Shown: positions 52,997 to 62,413 of the stretch, piece by piece | Numbering within the stretch: position 1 is the stretch's first letter | Layout: every line of letters begins with the position of its first letter | NCBI GenBank assembly: GCA_023435435.1 | Contig: JAEYRW010000085.1 | Location: 1,814 to 65,813, forward strand | Length of the DNA stretch: 64,000 bases | From: Bacillota bacterium | Lineage (GTDB): Bacteria > Bacillota > Clostridia > Christensenellales > Aristaeellaceae | Direction of reading: 5' to 3' | Program-made: the position numbers and the translations under genes | Notes under the pieces: generated by a model | What the model was told of the DNA's origin: nothing | Database searches by the model: none | Seen by the model: the letters and a program-made list of their open reading frames with translations, nothing else

Positions 52997-54142
52997 GAGG
53001 CTGTCCGATATCGCGGGAAACGCGGGCGTGCGGTTATCGGAAACGCCCGTCGCATGCGGCGTACATTGCCCGATGCACACGCTATTGTCGGTGGTCCGGC
53101 GACTGAAGGGCGTCTCGACCTTGGTCGTCGGCATGCCCGAGTGCTGCCGGTACAGCCGCTTCGTCATCGACAATCTGCATTTTCCGGATCTTCATTACGT
53201 CTATATGCTGGACGGAAACGAAGTCGTGTTGGCTGCGGGGACGGGGTTGCGCGTGCGCTTTCGGAAATGGCCGGGGCGGGGGCCGCGCACATCCTGGTGG
53301 TCAAGACCTGCGTTCCCGCGCTCATTGGCGAGGAACTCGAGGGCGGCTCGGACGCGGTGGGCCGGGAAACGGGCGCCGCGATCCGCGTCATCGACGCGGC
53401 GCACTTCAAGCGCAACGGGTATCTTTCCGGGTACGCGCTGGCCTACGAGGCGCTGGCCTTTTTCCTGCCCAAGTTGGCGGCGGAAAATCAGGTCAATCTG
53501 CTGGGCGGCGCGGACGGCGCGGAATTTGCACGACTGAAGGATTTGATCGGCGCGCGCTTCCGGCGCGCGGCCTTTCCCGCGCAGGAGCCGGACGATTGGC
53601 CCGCGCTGGCGCGGGGGCGGTTGAATCTTGTGTTTTCCGCGCTGTTTTTGAAGATGGCGCGGGCGATGGAGGAACGGCTGGGAATCGCCTACATCGATCT
53701 TACCCGGGGAACGACGCCCGCCCGGGTCGCGGCGCTTTACCGCGCGATTTCCGGGGCGCTGGAGATGCCCGTCGAGCTCGATCCGGGAGCCGCTCCCGCG
53801 CGGTGTGCACGGGAGCCTTTGCGGTACACAAGTAGCATCTCCCATCCGGATATTTTGACGATGGTCGCCATCCTCGACGCGTGCGGCGCGGCGGCGGACG
53901 CGATTCATCTGGAGGAAGCGGACGACGTTTCCGGGCGCGAAGGACTGTCGTGCGATCCGCAGGTTTTCTATGAGGCGAAATCGGCGAACCGCGGCGCGAC
54001 GTCGCTCATCTTTGAAAACGGGGCCAGTATCCCCGGCGGGGCAATCGAGGCGGCGATGAAAAAAATCGGCTATGAGCGGATTGAGGCGCTTTGCGCGCTC
54101 GTCCGTTCAGCGACGGAAGGAGGCGCGGCATGCCGCTTATAA
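52986..54142 (+). pseudogene. NifD/BchN-like subunit, copy B, disrupted by a 1-nt frameshift near 53229-53230
   Basis: Frame 1 gives ...VHCPMHTLL...GMPECCRYS...YMLDGNEVV. The homologous continuation (GCGDGVARALSEMAGAGAAHILVVKTCVPALIGEELEG...) is in the -1 frame and runs to 54142. Confidence 0.7.
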
Positions 54143-55314
54143 AAAATGTTCCGGAGATGTCCGGCAGGATGGGCAGACTCATGGCCCTCGCGACCGTCGA
54201 AGGCGCGGTGCTGCTGGAATACGGCTCCATGGGCCACATGGTTTACGCGGAAAAATGGAAGGGGCAGCTGGGCGCCGCGCCCACGGCGGAGCTGTATACC
54301 ACCCACATCGGGGAAAAGGAGATCGTGCTGGGGCTGACGGATCGGCTGGAAGAGGCCGTCGGGAATCTGATCCGCACGAAAAAGCCTCCCGCCATATTCG
54401 TCATCCCCTCCTCGATTCTTGAGATGATCGGCACGGATCTTGGCCCGGTCTGCGACGAGCTCTCCGAAAAGTCTGCGACGAAAGTCCTTTTCAGCCGAAA
54501 GGGCGGATTCCGGGCGCGCGGGGGCGACGGGATCGAGGAGGCGCTTTTCCAACTTGCCCGGGAAATCGCCGATGCGCCGGACGGAACGGAGGAATCGTTC
54601 AATCTTCTGGGCTGCTGTGCGGATCACACGGGCTTCCGAAACGACGCGCGGGAGATCGCCCGCATCATGAAGGGCGCGTTTTCCCTGGACATGCACTGCG
54701 CCCTCACGGGCATTTCCTCCATGGAACGCATCCGGACGATGAACCGCGCCCGGCTGAACGTCGTTCATCGGTGGGAGGCGCTGAAGGCGGCCCAATATCT
54801 CGAGGGGGAATACGGGATTCCCTATGTATACGTGCCGGCCTACGGCCTTGCGGGCACGCTCGCGTTCTTAGAGGAGGCGGGGCGCGCGCTGGGCAGGGAG
54901 GCAAAGTCCGATTTTGTGGAAACCGAAAAGGCCGAGGTTCTGCGCCAGATTGAGCTGTGCAGGGCGCGCTTTTCGCACGATGAAAACAAACCCACCGTTA
55001 ACATCGGCGGCCCGAGCGACCGCGTGCGCGGCATCGCGTCCTTTTTGGTTGAGGAGCTCGGCTTTGCGCGCGGCCTTGTCTGGGCCAGCGACCGAAGGGA
55101 GGCAGGGCTTGCGTGGATGACCGACGACGAGGCCTTCGATCTGATTCGGCCGGGATTCACCCTCGCCGCGCCGGAAATCACCGAACGGGCGGGAATGGGC
55201 CGAATGCATGCATTGACCTGGAGCGCCGCGACGCAGGATATTGATCCGGATGTCCCGACGTTTGCTGGATTTGGGGGAACGGTTGGGCTGTGTTTTCTTG
55301 TCTCCGGGCAATAG
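54130..55314 (+). CDS. NifK/BchB-like subunit, copy B
   Basis: GGAAGGAGG RBS. MPLIKNVPEMSGRMGRLMALATVEGAVLLEYGSMG... aligns with copy A (MGVIWSLLCVGGAVVLEYGPAG...). IPSSILEMIGTDL matches VASSISAVIGTDL. Confidence 0.75.
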   Translation: MPLIKNVPEMSGRMGRLMALATVEGAVLLEYGSMGHMVYAEKWKGQLGAAPTAELYTTHIGEKEIVLGLTDRLEEAVGNLIRTKKPPAIFVIPSSILEMIGTDLGPVCDELSEKSATKVLFSRKGGFRARGGDGIEEALFQLAREIADAPDGTEESFNLLGCCADHTGFRNDAREIARIMKGAFSLDMHCALTGISSMERIRTMNRARLNVVHRWEALKAAQYLEGEYGIPYVYVPAYGLAGTLAFLEEAGRALGREAKSDFVETEKAEVLRQIELCRARFSHDENKPTVNIGGPSDRVRGIASFLVEELGFARGLVWASDRREAGLAWMTDDEAFDLIRPGFTLAAPEITERAGMGRMHALTWSAATQDIDPDVPTFAGFGGTVGLCFLVSGQ

Positions 55315-55356
55315 ACCGATTGCCATAGTGCCGCTGCCTGGAAGGTGCGAAAAAGA

Positions 55357-55393
55357 GGCGAGGCGCCGCAAACGCAGACCTCGCCGTTTTTTT
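55357..55393 (+). terminator. intrinsic terminator after locus B
   Basis: GGCGAGG-loop-CCTCGCC followed by GTTTTTTTAT. Confidence 0.75.
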
Positions 55394-56043
55394 ATGGGAT
55401 AAATTCCGCAACGGTTTGCCGCACCGAAACGATGGGGCGACGAATCTCAGAATCAAAGACATACCTCGCCATCACGGCACGGGGAAACAGATGCACGCGC
55501 CAAGCGGCGCCGCGTGGCGGAATTCCCTTTGGGAAAAAACCATTCCCGAACAGCGCTTTGCCAATGGCATCACCACAAACAGGGTTTGTCCCTAACTGGT
55601 TATCACGCGGTTGACCCGGACCGGAAGACCGAGGGCGAGGACACCGACGCTGGCACGATCTCGACGGGGTGACCGGCGCATGGGCGCCTCTTTGCCAGGA
55701 TTGGTTCGGCGCGGGCGGACTGTCCGGCGAACTGGAAGGCTCCACCGATTACCTCGAGCGTCTCAGGACCTGAAGGATTTCGACCTGGCATTCAGTCCAT
55801 GATGACCGTCTCCCCGGAGGACGCCGTGAACAACATGCTGCCCCAGCTCGCGCGGTTCAGGGCCGACAAGCTCTATCTCATTATCCCGCTGACCGATGTC
55901 AAGCAGTGCGTCACCATCAACGCGGATATCGGGAATGTACCCACCGGCGGCATCGGGATTGCCTGGATCTTCGCGCTGGAGCAGATGTTCTTCCGGAGCT
56001 TCGAATATTAAGCAGAACCGGTCCCGTCATCTGACGCAAATTC

Positions 56044-56080
56044 CAATGAAAAGAAGCCTTCGCTGCAAAACGAGGGCTTC
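56044..56080 (-). terminator. intrinsic terminator after the SulP gene
   Basis: Minus strand GAAGCCCTCG-loop-CGAAGGCTTC followed by TTTTCATT. Confidence 0.6.
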
Positions 56081-56123
56081 TTATGCGCTACGGCACGAAT
56101 GAGTCGGCGCGCGGTGAGCCAGA

Positions 56124-57650
56124 TTATTTTGCCATACCGACGCGACCCATCTCACGATTAAGATCCGGCTTTGCGCCGATCAGAGAGACCTCGGCGCCGT
56201 GCGCCGTCAGGTGTGCGCACAGTTCGGCCAACGCATTGAGCGCGCTCAGATCGGCAGAATAAGCGCTTGAAAGGTCGATCGTAATCCGGCTTGCGTCCTT
56301 TGCCAGATCTTCGATCTCATGAATGCAGCCCTGCGTGCCAAAGAACAGCGCGCCGTGCAGGGAAATCAAGAGCTGTCCGTCGGGCGAGACATCCGTGGCG
56401 ATATGCAGCTGCGCGCTTTTGATCACGAAAGAGATCGCCGCGACCAAAATCCCCATCGCGATTGCAATGGTCAGGTCGAAAAGCACCGTGCAAATGAGGG
56501 TTACCAGATACATGAATATGGCATGTTTCATTCTGGATGCGAAGATTTGGCGAATGACCAATCTTTCGTTCATGCGCCAGGCGGTCACGATCAATACGCC
56601 GGACAACGCCGCAAGCGGAATTCGGGACATCAGCTTATTGAGCAGGAACATGGATGCAATCAGGGCGAGCGAATGAACCACACTCGTCAGTCGTGTTTGC
56701 TGCCCCGCTTTGATCGCCACCGACGTGCGGGCAATCGCGGCGGTTGCCGGAACGCCGCCGATCAACGGCATCAGAAGGTTGCCAATCCCCTGGGCCATAA
56801 GTTCTCTGCGTACGTCCAATTTCTCGTCCTTCATGCGCCCCGCACTCAATCCGCACAGAAGGCTTTCAATCATGCCCAGGGCCGCGATTGATACGGCTGG
56901 ACCTGCGGCATTGATCAGGTCCTGCAGCGATACATCGGAGAAGGTCAACCGATTGTCCGCGACCAGTGAGCGCGGTATGTCTCCCACCTCATGGACCGCT
57001 GCGACGGAGGGGTTGATCGCCACATTGAGCGCAAGCGCGGCAAGAATGGCAACCAACGATCCCGGGATCGGCCATTTTTTGGGCCATACCAGTGTAATCA
57101 GCACCGCGGCGCCGCCGATCATGACGGCCTGCAGATTTGGCGAGAAGCCGAGCGTTCGGTAAGAAAGCAATTTTTCCACAAGGTCCGTTCCGCTGGAAGA
57201 CACGCCGAAAAAATTGTCCGCTTGTCCCAGCGCGATGACGAGCGCGATCCCGGAGGTGAACCCGGCGATGACCGGCGAAGGGATGAACTGCACCAACTTG
57301 CCTACATGGAGGAGGGACATCAGGATAAGGAGTGCGCCTGAAATCAGCCCTGACAGAAGCACGCCATTGATGCCGTAACGCGCGCTGACGCCGATCAGAA
57401 TCGCCGACATCGCGCCGGTTGGGCCAGATATTTGAAAGGAAGCGCCAGACATCATTCCGATCACAAGACCCGCCGCGATGGCAGTTACCATACCCGCCCC
57501 CGCGTCGGCGCCAGAACTCACGCCAAAGGCAAGCGCAAGTGGTAGCGCTACCGATGCTACGGTGAGTCCCGCCATTAAGTCCCGCATCAACTTACTTGCA
57601 TTGTAGCCACTGAACTCTCTGCACAGGTCGCGGACGTATTTGGCGATCAT
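56124..57650 (-). CDS. SulP-family anion transporter with a C-terminal STAS domain
   Basis: MIAKYVRDL... start (GGAG RBS). LMAGLTVASVALPLALAFGVSSGA and FQISGPTGAMS motifs typical of SulP. Soluble C-terminal domain. Confidence 0.85.
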   Translation of the reverse strand: MIAKYVRDLCREFSGYNASKLMRDLMAGLTVASVALPLALAFGVSSGADAGAGMVTAIAAGLVIGMMSGASFQISGPTGAMSAILIGVSARYGINGVLLSGLISGALLILMSLLHVGKLVQFIPSPVIAGFTSGIALVIALGQADNFFGVSSSGTDLVEKLLSYRTLGFSPNLQAVMIGGAAVLITLVWPKKWPIPGSLVAILAALALNVAINPSVAAVHEVGDIPRSLVADNRLTFSDVSLQDLINAAGPAVSIAALGMIESLLCGLSAGRMKDEKLDVRRELMAQGIGNLLMPLIGGVPATAAIARTSVAIKAGQQTRLTSVVHSLALIASMFLLNKLMSRIPLAALSGVLIVTAWRMNERLVIRQIFASRMKHAIFMYLVTLICTVLFDLTIAIAMGILVAAISFVIKSAQLHIATDVSPDGQLLISLHGALFFGTQGCIHEIEDLAKDASRITIDLSSAYSADLSALNALAELCAHLTAHGAEVSLIGAKPDLNREMGRVGMAK

Positions 57651-57690
57651 TTGTATCTCCTTATTGGAAAAAAGCGAGAATATACCGGGT

Positions 57691-57720
57691 ATCATACGAC
57701 TGATTTGAGTGCGCGGTCAA
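57691..57720 (-). promoter_or_regulatory. promoter for the SulP gene
   Basis: Minus strand TTGACC, 18 nt spacer, TATGAT. Confidence 0.5.
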
Positions 57721-58042
57721 CGGAGAAAATGAAAAATCCCCACTGAGATTAGGCTCCATTTGCACGGAGTTTTTACGACGAGCACACAGTGGGATCGGCT
57801 CATCAAAAATGGCAGTTCCGCGGAAATCCCATCGGCATGAGCGGTAGAAGGAGCCAAGCAACGATCTCCCTGATTCATACGCCAGAGACGGTGCAACACT
57901 CTGATTTCCCACGCCGATTATCCTGACATTTCGCTTAAAGGGACTTTGTAAAAACGCCATAAATTATGTTAAAACGCTATTTCAATGTCAAAACATCCTC
58001 CATCGTGTTTGTGACGAAACACACAACAGGAGGATTGCTTTT

Positions 58043-58408
58043 ATGCTCGTCAATTACAAGCACATCGGTCGGAGAGTTAAGGAAATCCGCAACGCGAAAA
58101 GGTTGACTCAGGCCGAGCTTGCCGAGCAGATCGACATGTCCGCGCCGTACATAAGCCTGATCGAAACCGCCGCGAAAAAGGCAAGCCTTTCCAGCTTGAT
58201 CCTGATCGCCAGCGCGCTCGACGTTACGGTGGATGCATTGCTCAGAGGGACGCAAACCAACGACGCGGCGGAATACTGCCGCGATTTCGTTTCCCTGATC
58301 AATGACTGTGATCGCTACGAAAGACGCATCATTTTCGAAGTGGCCTTCGCCACCAAGAAAAGTTTACGCGATAGCAGGTGTCTTTCCGCCTTTTCCGAAG
58401 AAATGTAA
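58043..58408 (+). CDS. XRE-family HTH regulator
   Basis: IGRRVKEIRNAKRLTQAELAEQIDMSAPYISLIE, a classic Cro/C1 HTH. AGGAGG RBS. Confidence 0.85.
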   Translation: MLVNYKHIGRRVKEIRNAKRLTQAELAEQIDMSAPYISLIETAAKKASLSSLILIASALDVTVDALLRGTQTNDAAEYCRDFVSLINDCDRYERRIIFEVAFATKKSLRDSRCLSAFSEEM

Positions 58409-58521
58409 ACGGCATTGTCCGGATTATTCACCGGAGGTAAAGTTGTTTTCCTCCGGTGAATAGACTTTGTATGAAATCCACATATAATAGCATTATTCGA
58501 CCTTGTTCGGGGGGATTTGTG

Positions 58522-60399
58522 ATGCAGGAGACCAAAGCGGTGAAAAGAGACACCGAAAACCGCAAGGAAAAAATACGCGCAAAATATCAAAGTGCGATTC
58601 CGGATGACATTGATATCATTCCGGCTGCACCGCAGGAAAACTTTTTTGAGGATGAGAAGGAGAAGCGCGTCGCCTTTTATGTCCGCGTGTCCACCGACGA
58701 CCCACGGCAAACGTCATCGTTTGAACTGCAAAAAGGTCATTATACGGAAATGCTGAACCGGCACAAAAACTGGAAGCTGGTTCATATTTTCGCCGACGAG
58801 GGTATATCGGGAACTTCATTGAAGCACCGCGACGCCTTTATAAGAATGATTTCCGACTGCAAAGCCGGTCAGATCGACCTGATTGTTACAAAGAGTGTTT
58901 CCCGATTTGCCCGCAACGTCGTTGACTGTATCGGATATGTGCGGCAACTGGCGGCCATGCAGCCGCCCGTAGGTATTTTCTTTGAGATGGAAAGTATCTA
59001 TACATTGAATGACAGCAGCGAGATGAGCCTTTCATTTATGTCCACATTGGCACAGGAAGAATCGCATATCAAAAGCAGAGTCGCGAATGATTCGATTGAA
59101 AAAAGGTTCCGTCGCGGCATCTTCCTCACCCCGCCGCTGCTCGGTTACGACCAGGACGAGGACGGCAACCTTGTCATGAACCCGGAGGAAGCGAAAACCG
59201 TGCGGCTGATTTTCTTTCTATATTTGTACGGCTGCACCTGCCGGCAAATAGCGGAAATGCTTACGTCCTTAAAGAGGATGACGAAAAGAGGGAACACTGC
59301 GTGGGCGCCCGGTTCAATCCTGCAGATTCTGCAAAACGAACGGCATTGCGGGGACATACTCGCCCGCAAGACATGGACACCGAGTTACCTTGACCACCTG
59401 TCGCGTAAAAACCGGAATAACCACAACCAATATACAAGAAAAGACAACCACGAAGCCATCGTTTCGCGGGATGATTTCATTGCTGTTCAGCGGCTGATCA
59501 GCAATGCCAAATATGGAAACAAAGGCATATTGCCAGAGCTGAAGGTGATCGCGGACGGCGCGCTGAAAGGTTTTGTTTCCATCAATCCGCGCTGGGCGGC
59601 TTTCAGCGCCGACGATTACCGCGCAGCCTCCGAAAGCGTATATGGCGGGGCAGATAAGCCGGAGTCAAAGCCTTTGGAGGTCAAGGCGCAGTCCGGCGAT
59701 TTTGATTTACGCGGGTTTGAGGTCACCCGCTCTCAATTTTTTGATACCGCCCGTAAATTGTGCGTCACGCTGTCAACCGAGAACATCTGGTTCAGCAAGG
59801 AATGCATCCGCAAATTTGCAAAGGAACTTTATGTGGAAATGTTGGTTCATCCCCATGAACACCTTCTTGCCGTACGGCCCTGCGCCAAGGAATGCAGAAA
59901 CGCCGTCAGGTGGGCAATGATCAACGAAGCAAATTACAATCCGCGTGACATCAGCGGCGCGGCATATTTGAATACCTTATTTGGAATGTTTGGTTGGGAC
60001 ACCGAATTGAGGTATCGTGTCCGGGGTGTGCGCAGGCAAAAAGACAATGAGTCCGTTGTCATTTTCGATATGAGGGATACCGAAATTCTGATTTCCAACA
60101 TGGCGGCTGACGGCTGCTTTCGTGAAAATACCAGTCCCGTGAGCGCGAACCCCCAAAATACCGTCGTCGCTTTCCCTCCGTCCTGGGTGGGCAACTTTGG
60201 CAGCAATTATTACCGCCACGCACAGGCGCGGGAATTGGCGGCAATCGACAAGGATGGTATGTGGAAAGTTGCGGTGGAGGGGCAGCCCTACAGGGATGCG
60301 CTGAGCATCCATGTAACCGATCAGGAAACCATTTCCAACGACATAAAGCAAATGATTTCCGATATGGAAAGGAAAGGTGCGGACAATGGAAACGGATGA
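58522..60399 (+). CDS. large serine recombinase
   Basis: RVAFYVRVSTDDP (catalytic Ser), ADEGISGTS and LIVTKSVSRFARN resolvase motifs, a recombinase domain, and a long C-terminal extension. Confidence 0.9.
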   Translation: MQETKAVKRDTENRKEKIRAKYQSAIPDDIDIIPAAPQENFFEDEKEKRVAFYVRVSTDDPRQTSSFELQKGHYTEMLNRHKNWKLVHIFADEGISGTSLKHRDAFIRMISDCKAGQIDLIVTKSVSRFARNVVDCIGYVRQLAAMQPPVGIFFEMESIYTLNDSSEMSLSFMSTLAQEESHIKSRVANDSIEKRFRRGIFLTPPLLGYDQDEDGNLVMNPEEAKTVRLIFFLYLYGCTCRQIAEMLTSLKRMTKRGNTAWAPGSILQILQNERHCGDILARKTWTPSYLDHLSRKNRNNHNQYTRKDNHEAIVSRDDFIAVQRLISNAKYGNKGILPELKVIADGALKGFVSINPRWAAFSADDYRAASESVYGGADKPESKPLEVKAQSGDFDLRGFEVTRSQFFDTARKLCVTLSTENIWFSKECIRKFAKELYVEMLVHPHEHLLAVRPCAKECRNAVRWAMINEANYNPRDISGAAYLNTLFGMFGWDTELRYRVRGVRRQKDNESVVIFDMRDTEILISNMAADGCFRENTSPVSANPQNTVVAFPPSWVGNFGSNYYRHAQARELAAIDKDGMWKVAVEGQPYRDALSIHVTDQETISNDIKQMISDMERKGADNGNG

Positions 60400-61096
60400 T
60401 AAGATGCCTGATTCCAATGAGCTTGCCCGTATCAAACCGGCGGCGGTACCGCTTTCTGAAGAAATATTGCAGGATGATTCTTTTAGCTATCAGGGGTACC
60501 AGGTGGTCCGGGGAGAGTTCTTTGCCCATCTTCGCGAGCCTGCGATCATGTTCAACAACCACAAGGTTTCGCTGAATACCGCCTGCTTAAAGCGCCTGCC
60601 TGATGTGGAGTATGTGCAAATCCTTGTGAATCAGAGCGAACATAAGCTTGTCGTCCGCCCCAGCGGCGAGGATGAAAAGGACGCGTTCGTCTGGTGTACA
60701 ATGGGCGGCAAAAGGAAACCCAAACAGATAACCTGCCGGGTTTTCTTTGCCATGATCATCGATTTAATGGGCTGGAATCCTGATTACCGGTACAAACTGC
60801 TTGGCAAGCTGATCCGCAGCGGCGATGAGTATCTTTTCGCTTTTGACTTAAGCTCGACGGAAATTTTCCAGCGCTTTGTTGTCGAAGGCGGAAAACCAAA
60901 GGCTTCCCGTACCCCTGTATTCCCTATGGAATGGAAGAATCAGTTCGGATTGTCCGTAGAGGAACACCGAAAACGGCTGCAGGTAAATGTCTTTAAGGGT
61001 TACGCCGTTTTTAGCGTGAATCGTGAACTGACGGCAGAAACATCGGAGAATCCCGTACCGCTGCGGAAGGAGGAGGTAAATCCACATGAGTCATGA
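60377..61096 (+). CDS. hypothetical protein, paralogous to the C-terminus of the recombinase
   Basis: 239 aa; overlaps the recombinase stop. YQVVRGEFF...YVQILVNQSEHKLVVRP...GWNPDYRYKLLG aligns with FEVTRSQFF...YVEMLVHPHEHLLAVRP...GWDTELRYRVRG. Confidence 0.7.
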   Translation: MRTMETDDKMPDSNELARIKPAAVPLSEEILQDDSFSYQGYQVVRGEFFAHLREPAIMFNNHKVSLNTACLKRLPDVEYVQILVNQSEHKLVVRPSGEDEKDAFVWCTMGGKRKPKQITCRVFFAMIIDLMGWNPDYRYKLLGKLIRSGDEYLFAFDLSSTEIFQRFVVEGGKPKASRTPVFPMEWKNQFGLSVEEHRKRLQVNVFKGYAVFSVNRELTAETSENPVPLRKEEVNPHES

Positions 61097-61460
61097 TTCC
61101 GGCCGCCCGGCGATCTTGATCGACCTGAAAAAAGGTAGGATACGGGTATCCAAAAGGACAATTCACGCCATTGGCGACCCGAAGTACATACTGCTGCTTG
61201 TCAACCCGGAAGACCGCACAATCGTGATCCTTCGCAGCGATCGGGATGATCAGAGGGCATTTCGTCTGCCGCAGGCGCGGTTTGACGACAGGCAACGCTT
61301 CGAACTCCACAGCAGAGCGTTGGTGCGGAACCTACGCGGTATGTGCGATGATTGGGTTGACGGGTATTCGTACCGAATCTATGGTGAGGTCGTGAAAAAC
61401 GAAGGGATTGCGCAGTTTTGCATCGCGAAGGGGATTCCCAGCTGCGGAATGAAGGAGTAA
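61086..61460 (+). CDS. hypothetical protein; third, more diverged copy of the same domain
   Basis: 124 aa: PKYILLLVNPEDRTIVILRS ... YSYRIYGEV follows the same pattern. Confidence 0.6.
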   Translation: MSHDSGRPAILIDLKKGRIRVSKRTIHAIGDPKYILLLVNPEDRTIVILRSDRDDQRAFRLPQARFDDRQRFELHSRALVRNLRGMCDDWVDGYSYRIYGEVVKNEGIAQFCIAKGIPSCGMKE

Positions 61461-61462
61461 AA

Positions 61463-62413
61463 ATGGCCGAATGTGATATCTATGCATTGAAAATCGACGA
61501 GGAATTCAAGAACCTCATCGCGCCTCTTTCACAGGATGAGCGGAAACAGCTTGAAGAAAACCTTCTCCAAAACGGGTGCCGTGAGCCCTTATGCGTATGG
61601 AACAGAACCATCCTTGACGGCCACAACCGGTATGAGATTTGCACCCGCCATCAGATCCCTTACAAAATTGCGCATATCTTCCTGCGGAACCGGGAGGAAG
61701 CAATTGCGTGGATATGCGCAAACCAGCTTGGCCGCCGGAATTTAACCGAGGGATTGCGCCGATACTTAATCGGGAAACGATATAAAATGGAGCAAATCAT
61801 CGGCGCCCATAATGCAGCCAGAGTAAACCAATCTACAAGGAAAGCGGTTAGGTCCAAAATGTTGACCGAACCACTTTTTGAAGATACAGACTGCCGCACA
61901 CGCGAGCGCTTTGCCAAGGAGTACCGTATTTCCCTCGCCACCGTTCATAAATACGGGACATTCGCAAATGCCATTGACTCGCTTTCAAGGGTAGAACCGG
62001 CGCTGGCGCCTAAGATTTTGTCCGGACAAATCAAAATTTCACAGGAAAATATCCTTGCGCTTGCCCGACTCTCGCCGTCGGATATCCGGCGCGTAAGTAC
62101 GGAATTAGCGCAAGGCGATGCCGGTTATTCGGACACACGGGATATTGTCCCCAACAAGAAGAAGGCGAAAAAGCAAGATTACCTGCCATTGCCAGAGATT
62201 TCAGTCAAGAATATGCCCGCCTATGACCCGGATGCGGGAATACTCAGCCTTGCGTTCACGATCCCGTCATGGATCAGCTCCATCGAGCAAACGCATACTT
62301 CGGCTGATTTTACAGGGGGTTCCCCAAATGCGCGCCGCAGGCTTGAAAATGAGCTGAATTGCTTGCAGTCTGCCGTTGATTCGTTGCTTTCGACGGTCAA
62401 GGAGGAGAAGTGA
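61463..62413 (+). CDS. ParB-like N-terminal domain protein
   Basis: GAAGGAG RBS. ...LCVWNRTILDGHNRYEIC..., a ParB/Srx-like DGHxR motif. Confidence 0.75.
   Translation: MAECDIYALKIDEEFKNLIAPLSQDERKQLEENLLQNGCREPLCVWNRTILDGHNRYEICTRHQIPYKIAHIFLRNREEAIAWICANQLGRRNLTEGLRRYLIGKRYKMEQIIGAHNAARVNQSTRKAVRSKMLTEPLFEDTDCRTRERFAKEYRISLATVHKYGTFANAIDSLSRVEPALAPKILSGQIKISQENILALARLSPSDIRRVSTELAQGDAGYSDTRDIVPNKKKAKKQDYLPLPEISVKNMPAYDPDAGILSLAFTIPSWISSIEQTHTSADFTGGSPNARRRLENELNCLQSAVDSLLSTVKEEK

Noticed and set aside
55345-56011. Small ORFs (55345-55614 +, 55392-55745 -, 55603-55791 -, 55799-56011 +) as genes
   Set aside because: They have no recognisable motifs, overlap each other, and lack good RBSs. 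They may be fragments of a decayed gene, but none can be supported.
57721-57960. A possible structured RNA or tRNA remnant (att site) between the SulP gene and the XRE gene
   Set aside because: I found only weak 4-6 bp stems, with no tRNA cloverleaf or known riboswitch motif. It cannot be supported from the sequence alone.
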